DNA of 4,411 nucleotides from Escherichia coli (GTDB lineage Bacteria; Pseudomonadota; Gammaproteobacteria; Enterobacterales; Enterobacteriaceae): NCBI RefSeq assembly GCF_003334385.1, contig NZ_QOWN01000086.1; one strand, 5' to 3'. Shown piece by piece: positions 1 to 4,411 of this stretch (position 1 is its first letter; each line of letters starts with the position of its first letter). The notes under the pieces were generated by a model. It saw only the letters and a program-made list of their open reading frames with translations, ran no database searches and was not told where the DNA came from. The position numbers and the translations under genes were made by a program.

Positions 1-1
1 G

Positions 2-445
2 GATTATTGTCTCATGAAGCGCCTGCCACAACCGTTCGACATGATTCACCCACGGCGAGTAAACTGGCTGATAAATCCCCCTGAACTTCGGGTTTGCTTT
101 CAGCCAGCGCAACGTTTCACGGCTTTTGTGGATGATGTAATTATCGACAATGAGCGTAATCGTCTTTGCCCACCGGTATGTCGCCTTCAGATGTTTTAAC
201 AGTTTGATAAAGGATGAACCTTTACTGTTTCCACCAATGTAGCTGACTTTACCCGTACCGCTGTGTAGTGCACTGGCAAAATGGGGTTGTACGCCGGAAA
301 CGCCGAAATTTCCGATACAGCGAATTTGTTGATTTTTGAAGCATGTTTGGCGGTTGTTGACGAATACGTTTATGGTGCAGTAAGTGAGAATTTCTCCGTA
401 CCAGCTATGTGATACGTTACGAGCAGTGATCTTCGCTCTAAACAG
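2..445 (-). pseudogene. IS630/Tc1-mariner family DDE transposase, C-terminal portion (no start codon in window; 3' end runs off window start)
   Basis: Minus-strand frame open from the stop at 446-448 to the window edge. Manual translation gives ...ASALHSGTGKVSYIGGNSKGSSFIKLLKHLKATYRWAKTITLIVDNYIIHKSRETLRWLKANPKFRGIYQPVYSPWVNHVERLWQALHETII. The DN..H (D at 143-145) and YSP..N..E..W (E at 35-37) motifs are the second D and the E of the IS630/Tc1 DDE triad. Residues encoded by ~280-445 carry no recognisable first-D motif, so homology is clear only for ~2-280. Not in the supplied ORF track because there is no start codon. Confidence 0.6.
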
Positions 446-472
446 CTATTTCTTTGCTGTCTAGCTAACTAA

Positions 473-586
473 CTGGCCAAAAGCCTCAAAACCCCTGAAG
501 ACCTCAGCCAGTTTGATCGTCTGCTGAAAAAGATCAGCGTTGAAGCCGCACTCAATGCAGAGATGATGCATCACCTTGATCGATAG
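473..586 (+). pseudogene. IS256 (Mutator-type) family transposase, N-terminal ~37-codon remnant
   Basis: Plus-strand frame between the stop at 470-472 and the stop at 584-586 translates to LAKSLKTPEDLSQFDRLLKKISVEAALNAEMMHHLDR*. This matches my recollection of the conserved N-terminus of enterobacterial IS256-family transposases (…LKT.EDL.QF.R.L.K..VE.ALNAE.T.HLGYEK…). Similarity stops at HHL and is followed immediately by a stop, so it is truncated at both ends. Confidence 0.45.
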
Positions 587-757
587 GAATTAAAACCCAA
601 AAAGATTAAAAAAACACCACAAAACGGATGTTTCTTCAACACCACTTTTGCTCCATATGAACGGAACCGACGATTAAACTGGATGGTTCTGATTGATTCA
701 GGGTATGAATGGCGGTTTTTTGCTCCGTTTCCCTCAAAATGGATGCAACTTCCCCTC

Positions 758-774
758 TGCGGCTCTCAGCCGCA
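758..774. other. Perfect 7-bp stem / 3-nt loop hairpin (TGCGGCT-CTC-AGCCGCA) 30-45 bp downstream of the IS91-family tnpA stop; candidate ori-end structural element
   Basis: Directly visible inverted repeat: 758-764 tgcggct, 765-767 ctc, 768-774 agccgca. No flanking U/T run on either strand, so not a typical intrinsic terminator. IS91-family ends are known to carry hairpin-forming repeats. Confidence 0.4.
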
Positions 775-803
775 CCACCGCATCCGGGCCAGCGGCTCAT
801 GTA

Positions 804-1787
804 TCAGGACCAGCTCTGCCAGACGGTAGCCCGCTTCAGCCCCGTAAAACGCATCTTACTCCCGCACAGCACGCACTTCAGCGGGTCAATCTTCAGTAAC
901 CTCTGGTACATCTCTCTCCAGGTTATTTGCATCGCCGTTTTTCTCACTGTCTCCGTTATGATGTACACCACTTCTTCCAGTAACCGCCGTTTCGCCGGAC
1001 TCAAAAAACCGTAGTACCTCACCATACGGAACTCCTTATCCGCCACATGCCAGGAAAACCTTTCCATGAACTCATCTCCACTCATCAACAGGTATTCTTC
1101 CCGTTTTGTACGGTGACTGTTATAACGCAGACCGATTTCATCCTGACCGGCATAATGCTCCAGACGACTCATCGGCACCGGTGGCTTTTTCAGGTAAGAG
1201 CCAAAGTACACCGCCACATGGGTGGCATTATCCATCACCCGGGATACGTTGACATTCCAGCCACGGCGGTAATGCGTGTCCAGGAAGCTATTCCATTCCC
1301 GTTTACTGCTTCCTTCTGCTGCCAGCGCATCCGGCATCACCAAGTCAGGGGATTTCCGTGACAGCAACCGTGTTATCCGGTAGCGCCACATGCTCATCAC
1401 CTTACGGGCGTAAAAATGAAGGTTTTTCCTGGTGTAGCCCGATGTCACACCACCGGCAGTTGTCGATAAATGGATATGCGGATGCCACTGCTGGTCACAC
1501 CCCCATGTGTGGATCACCGTGAATATCCCCAGCTCCACATCTGCCTGACGGCAGATTTCCAGAATCACATCCGCTGCAATGCGGCTCATATCTGCCAGTA
1601 ACCACCGGTTGCAGAACACCAGGGACCAGTACTGGCAGGGAAGTGTGAACACAATATGCTGCCACGGGCAGTCGGGGACCAGACTCAGCAGATACTGTAT
1701 CCACTGTGCCCCCACTTTCACTCCGCAGTGCGGACAGGAGCGGCTTTTACACCGGAAGCAGGCTTTTTTTGTGTGGCAACAGTCCAC
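804..1787 (-). CDS. tnpA: IS91-family rolling-circle transposase TnpA (HUH/Y2), main reading frame; GTG is the first possible start and the true N-terminus lies in another frame upstream, so likely a pseudogene
   Basis: 327-aa ORF from the track. Zinc-ribbon CFRCKSRSCPHCG followed by LVPDCPWQHIVFTLP, consistent with the IS91 transposase zinc-binding domain; HUH motif HPHIH at 1470-1484 (verified by reverse-complementing the sequence); paired catalytic tyrosines YFGSY (Y-x3-Y) at 1194-1208; C-terminal CVLCG. The first codon at 1785-1787 is GTG, immediately preceded in frame by a TGA stop at 1806-1808. Confidence 0.85.
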   Translation of the reverse strand: MDCCHTKKACFRCKSRSCPHCGVKVGAQWIQYLLSLVPDCPWQHIVFTLPCQYWSLVFCNRWLLADMSRIAADVILEICRQADVELGIFTVIHTWGCDQQWHPHIHLSTTAGGVTSGYTRKNLHFYARKVMSMWRYRITRLLSRKSPDLVMPDALAAEGSSKREWNSFLDTHYRRGWNVNVSRVMDNATHVAVYFGSYLKKPPVPMSRLEHYAGQDEIGLRYNSHRTKREEYLLMSGDEFMERFSWHVADKEFRMVRYYGFLSPAKRRLLEEVVYIITETVRKTAMQITWREMYQRLLKIDPLKCVLCGSKMRFTGLKRATVWQSWS

Positions 1788-1941
1788 ACCACTGCGTGTA
1801 GCCCATCAGTGTGGTCCCGCAGGCCATGATTTTTGTCACTGATTCAATTACCACTGGACGGACTGAGCCTTCCGGTTGTTTCTCCAGCCAGTTAAGCTAG
1901 CGGTTTCCCTGCTGAAAAATATCGGCAAAACGGGGAAGCAT
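1747..1941 (-). pseudogene. N-terminal segment of the same IS91-family TnpA, separated from the main frame by an in-frame amber codon and a +1 frame change
   Basis: ATG at 1939-1941 (minus) opens MLPRFADIFQQGNR, then TAG (plus 1897-1899), then LNWLEKQPEGSVRPVVIESVTKIMACGTTLMGYTQWCGLLPHKKSLLPV, ending at TAA (plus 1747-1749). The main TnpA frame is offset by +1 and overlaps this frame across an A7 run (plus-strand T7 at 1764-1770). CG-containing residues (MACG, WCG) lie where the first half of the IS91 zinc ribbon is expected. Confidence 0.5.
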
Positions 1942-1944
1942 GAA

Positions 1945-2292
1945 TTACGCAGGGGGAAGATGTGAGGTGCCGCACTGCGGACAGATAAAGGGATGTCTTG
2001 TGCACACGGACAGAAAATTTTTCCAGGACATGGGGAGCATGGTGACATTACCGTCGGGCTCACCAACTATCCATACTGTTGTTTCATAATTCCCGGAGGC
2101 ATCTTCTTCAAACAGGTATGGAATATCTTTCTCCATACAGTAATCGGCAGCGCTGGCGAAGTCGGGAAAAAACAGTCCGGCTTCATTATCTGTTCCTCCG
2201 GTGCAGGGGACCACCCGCCATCGCAACAGGGGGGCTGAGCGGGTGGATTGTTTGCGGGATTTTTGTTTGCGAGGTTTAGCTGAACGGGCCAT
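1945..2292 (-). CDS. Hypothetical 115-aa protein immediately upstream of IS91-family tnpA; possible IS91 accessory ORF (orf121-like)
   Basis: ORF from the track: basic N-terminus (MARSAKPRKQKSRKQSTRS), C-terminal C-x6-C-x2-C (CTRHPFICPQCG). Its TAA stop (1945-1947) is followed by TTC and then the tnpA ATG at 1939-1941 in the same frame, a coupling-type arrangement. I recognise no conserved family; function unknown. Confidence 0.35.
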   Translation of the reverse strand: MARSAKPRKQKSRKQSTRSAPLLRWRVVPCTGGTDNEAGLFFPDFASAADYCMEKDIPYLFEEDASGNYETTVWIVGEPDGNVTMLPMSWKNFLSVCTRHPFICPQCGTSHLPPA

Positions 2293-2347
2293 ATAACCAC
2301 CTGAAAGACAATGATATTGCCTGTTTTTATAACGGTAATCTCAGACC

Positions 2348-2587
2348 ATGACAAGCCGCAGTCGTCAGGCTGCCTATTCGGATACGAAAAAAATCAGCCC
2401 AAACCGGGAACCAACTCCCGCAACGGCGATGAATAAACACTTGTTCAGCGATATTATTAATGACTGGCGGCAGGACTATAACAAGTCCTGTCCTCATTCA
2501 TCGCTAAATTTTCTGACACCGGTAGAATTTGCAGCAGGCTGGAGATATGGAGGATTAGAAGGTAAACAAACCGACATGACTAACTGA
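2348..2587 (+). pseudogene. rve-type DDE transposase/integrase (IS3-family-like), C-terminal remnant
   Basis: Translation ...HLFSDIINDWRQDYNKSCPHSSLNFLTPVEFAAGW matches the conserved C-terminal tail of rve integrase-core transposases (W...YN..RPHS.L...TP.EF). The frame is open only from 2315 (stop at 2312-2314) and the catalytic DDE region is absent, so this is a truncated remnant. Confidence 0.55.
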
Positions 2588-2619
2588 TTGCTGGTGACAG
2601 GCCACAACACCTGCCAATG

Positions 2620-3233
2620 AGATAAATTCATTGTGTGTTATTAATGTATCTTTTATTGTTATTGATTTTTTTTTGCGATTAATAAAATATAATTTAGAAT
2701 ATTGCATGGAAATATAATATTGTGTATTTTGGAGCACTAAAAACACATCCAGCTAATGTTGTGACATATAAAAGTCATTGAGGTGATTCTTATCTCTTGT
2801 TTGGTTGTTTCTAAGCGAGAGTAAATGTCAAAAATATTCTTGTGGGTAATAGGTAAGTAAACATAACCTTTTGATAATTAGGGGGTGACTGCTTTTTTAT
2901 GAAACGTTACTTAGGAAACGCGTTTATCATCGATAGAAAAAAGTATTGTATAATATACATCTTCTCCTTTGCTTAGTCAATCAATGTGGAGTTTCCAGTA
3001 GGGATATGGAGAATACGACATCTTCTATGATTATTTGGTTTCATCATTGATTTTAAAATTAATTTTCATTTCAATGTTTTATTAAGAAAAGAAGAACGAA
3101 CGGGGGGATTATCAACATAATAAATCATTAATAAATATTGGTTATTCCTATATACATACTTGCGATATGCAACTATTGTGCGCCCATATTGTCATGAGTA
3201 AGTTTACTGTCATCTTATATAAACACATCGGCT
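2620..3233 (+). promoter_or_regulatory. ~600 bp very AT-rich non-coding region upstream of the AraC-family regulator; probable promoter/long leader and nucleoid-protein (H-NS-type) silencing region
   Basis: Abrupt drop to visibly very low GC from ~2620; no ORF with a credible start longer than 25 codons; a perfect TATAAT hexamer at 2949-2954 and a T9 run at 2666-2674. No promoter position can be assigned confidently in DNA this AT-rich. Long AT-rich upstream regions are typical of Rns/PerA/AggR-type regulator genes. Confidence 0.35.
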
Positions 3234-4067
3234 ATGCATGAGATAAAAGTGAAAAATTCAGTCTCTGATGTTATTGAAAACAAAAGAACGAATGTTATTT
3301 ATTTGAAAAAAATTCGCTTTTGCAATTGTGTTTTAATATATTTAAAAAACGCAACAGGTAAAATACAACAAAATGGCGAGATAAGTAAAATAATACCTAT
3401 GAATTCTTTTATTTATATAGAAAAAAATTCTTCATTAAGTGTTAAGTTGAATAACACTGGGGGAACAGTATCTTATGAAATTTATCATATTGATAGTGGC
3501 ATGTTAAAAAATGTGTACAAAGTAATAAAGCCTCTATTTGATGAAGTTAAATCTTATCCTGCTTGCGCTCAGAAAATATTCATTCATGAAGCGCAGCAAG
3601 TTGAAATTGATGTTTTCAAGCTATTGGTATCATCAAAAGATAGCAATATCCGTCAAATATATAAAGTTGCTTACATTCTTTCTAAATTTCCCAACATTGA
3701 TAAACTTATGCTTTCTATCGAAAAGTCTATTAAAATAAGTTTTACAGAAAAAGTGAAAAACATTATTGAAACAGACATGTCAAAACAATGGCGTCTTTGT
3801 CATCTCAGTGACAAATTATTTATGTCGGAGGTAAATATAAGAAAAAAACTAGAAAAAGAAAACATCACATTTAATAATTTACTACTTGATTTAAGGATGA
3901 ACTTTTCCGCCAGACTTCTCAATACTACCGAAATGCATGTTAGCAACATAGCCAAGAAATCAGGTTATTCTAATGTATCTTATTTTATAAAGGTTTTTAA
4001 AGACTACTTCGGGGTTACTCCAAGACAATATAATCTCAAAATCCGTGGGAGAACGATGTGCCCGTAG
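3234..4067 (+). CDS. AraC/XylS-family transcriptional activator of the Rns/CfaD/AggR/PerA virulence-regulator subfamily (277 aa)
   Basis: Intact ORF, first ATG after an in-frame TAA at 3219-3221. The C-terminal ~90 residues (approx. 3759-4031) hold two HTH motifs: ...SKQWRLCHLSDKLFMSEVNIRKKLEKENITFNNLLLDLRMNFSARLL... and ...NIAKKSGYSNVSYFIKVFKDYFGVTPRQY. These align with my recollection of Rns/AggR (…ITIRKRLESE..TFNQILMQ.RM…SYFIR.F.KH.G.TPKQF) and PerA (…FMSDSCLRKQLNKENLTFKKIMLDIKM…SYFIKVFKEYYNTTPKKY). The N-terminal domain is not identical to any of these as I recall them. Very low GC and AAA/AAT/ATA-rich codon usage indicate foreign origin. No convincing Shine-Dalgarno before the ATG; an in-frame GTG at 3249 is an alternative start. 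Confidence 0.9.
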   Translation: MHEIKVKNSVSDVIENKRTNVIYLKKIRFCNCVLIYLKNATGKIQQNGEISKIIPMNSFIYIEKNSSLSVKLNNTGGTVSYEIYHIDSGMLKNVYKVIKPLFDEVKSYPACAQKIFIHEAQQVEIDVFKLLVSSKDSNIRQIYKVAYILSKFPNIDKLMLSIEKSIKISFTEKVKNIIETDMSKQWRLCHLSDKLFMSEVNIRKKLEKENITFNNLLLDLRMNFSARLLNTTEMHVSNIAKKSGYSNVSYFIKVFKDYFGVTPRQYNLKIRGRTMCP

Positions 4068-4116
4068 TGTTTCTTATCAACATCTGAGTAAATTCATATC
4101 ACTAGATTTATTACTA

Positions 4117-4146
4117 GTAAGCGTTAACGGAGTGCCGTATTGACGC
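4117..4146 (-). repeat. Candidate terminal inverted repeat (right end) of an IS66-family element
   Basis: Sequence GTAAGCGTTAACGGAGTGCCGTATTGACGC begins with the GTAA typical of IS66-family termini and lies directly 3' of the IS66-type tnpC stop (4147-4149). It coincides with the return from AT-rich to ~50% GC DNA. The partner repeat is outside the window, so this is unconfirmed. Confidence 0.4.
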
Positions 4147-4356
4147 TTATTTATTGGTGAGTACTACATTCCATGGCAGGAGTTCGTCAACACGGTTGGA
4201 AGGCCATTCCGGCAGTATACTCAGGATATGGCGCAGATACGCTTCCGGATCTATACCGTTCAGTCGGCAGGTGCCGATCAGTCCGTACAACAGTGCTCCA
4301 CGCTCGCCACCGTGATCGCTGCCGAAGAACACATAGATGGTATGACCTTTATATAC
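4147..4356 (-). pseudogene. IS66-family transposase (TnpC), C-terminal ~68-codon remnant
   Basis: Minus-strand translation VYKGHTIYVFFGSDHGGERGALLYGLIGTCRLNGIDPEAYLRHILSILPEWPSNRVDELLPWNVVLTNK* matches the conserved IS66 TnpC C-terminus (…LFAGSD.GGERAA..YSLI.T.KLN.V.P.A.L..VL..I……LLPWN…). The frame is closed upstream by a stop at 4357-4359, so only the tail survives. Confidence 0.7.
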
Positions 4357-4395
4357 TCACTATAGCATTGGTGGGATATTCCAGAGGAGGTCATT

Positions 4396-4411
4396 ATGCA
4401 TTCGGAAAATA
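4396..4411 (+). CDS. 5' end of an unidentified gene running off the window (MHSEN...)
   Basis: Canonical Shine-Dalgarno GGAGG at 4386-4390, 5 nt before ATG at 4396-4398. Only five codons are in the window, so identity is unknown. Confidence 0.25.

Larger units (their letters stand above)
580..2312 (-). mobile_element. IS91-family (rolling-circle, HUH) insertion sequence; approximate extent, transposase disrupted
   Basis: Contains a small ORF (1945-2292) followed by a Y2 HUH transposase (1941 to 804), the two-ORF layout and ~1.7 kb size expected of IS91-like elements. Left boundary inferred where IS256 similarity ends (~579), right boundary where the rve-fragment frame begins (~2315). Boundaries were not verified against a reference IS sequence. 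Confidence 0.4.

Noticed and set aside
14-199. 61-aa plus-strand ORF from the track
   Set aside because: Lies antisense to the well-supported IS630-type transposase frame; no recognisable motifs or ribosome-binding site.
758-774. Hairpin as a rho-independent terminator of tnpA
   Set aside because: No T/U run follows the stem on either strand.
693-1014. Overlapping plus-strand ORFs of 68 and 101 aa (693-899, 709-1014)
   Set aside because: They overlap each other, the IS91 end region and the antisense strand of the tnpA 3' end; compositionally typical of spurious frames in ~55% GC DNA.
1764-1770. Programmed ribosomal frameshifting at the A7 run in IS91 tnpA
   Set aside because: Joining the upstream and main frames needs a +1 shift, not the -1 slip used by IS3/IS1-type elements, and the upstream frame also carries an amber codon. 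A mutational lesion is the simpler explanation.
1047-1842. ORFs 1047-1361 (+), 1495-1704 (-, alternative frame) and 1579-1842 (+)
   Set aside because: All lie within or antisense to the IS91-family tnpA, whose frame is supported by HUH, Y2 and zinc-ribbon motifs.
1848-2354. ORFs 1848-2066 (-), 1993-2238 (+), 2079-2279 (+) and 2067-2354 (-)
   Set aside because: Alternative-frame or antisense overlaps of the tnpA N-terminal segment and the 115-aa ORF; no motifs or start context favouring them.
2555-2746. 63-aa minus-strand ORF across the GC/AT boundary
   Set aside because: Starts at a non-ATG codon, overlaps the rve-fragment 3' end on the other strand, and is low-complexity AT-rich; most likely chance.
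3160-3222. Sigma70-like -35/-10 pairs immediately upstream of the regulator ATG (e.g. TTGTCA 3189-3194 with TATATA 3216-3221)
   Set aside because: Spacer lengths are 21-22 bp, or hexamer matches are only 4/6; such matches occur by chance in DNA this AT-rich, so no promoter was called.
3538-3738. 66-aa plus-strand ORF inside the regulator gene
   Set aside because: Alternative frame within the well-supported AraC-family CDS.
1-4411. CRISPR arrays, tRNA or rRNA genes
   Set aside because: No regularly spaced direct repeats, no tRNA-like cloverleaf segments and no rRNA-like conserved stretches were seen.

Overview
This window reads as horizontally acquired accessory DNA (virulence-plasmid or genomic-island style, probably enterobacterial): an insertion-sequence graveyard flanking one intact, very AT-rich AraC/XylS-family regulator gene. 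All calls are from manual translation and remembered family motifs; no database search was run. From the left: (i) the C-terminal part of an IS630/Tc1-family DDE transposase on the minus strand, running off the window start; (ii) a ~37-codon N-terminal remnant of an IS256 (Mutator-type) transposase; (iii) a near-complete IS91-family rolling-circle element (~580-2312, minus strand) whose HUH/Y2 transposase is intact from the zinc-ribbon onward, but whose N-terminus is cut off by an amber codon and a +1 frame change near an A7 run, and which is preceded by a 115-aa ORF of unknown function; (iv) the C-terminal remnant of an rve-type (IS3-like) DDE transposase; (v) a ~1.5 kb AT-rich block (2620-4116) with ~600 bp of non-coding upstream DNA and an intact 277-aa Rns/PerA/AggR-like regulator (3234-4067); (vi) the right end of an IS66-family element (GTAA-type inverted repeat at 4117, truncated tnpC C-terminus on the minus strand); (vii) a strong Shine-Dalgarno plus ATG at 4396 starting a gene that leaves the window. 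No rRNA, tRNA or CRISPR array is evident. The most interesting item is the IS-bounded orphan regulator with no target operon in the window; I see no complete novel multi-gene system here.
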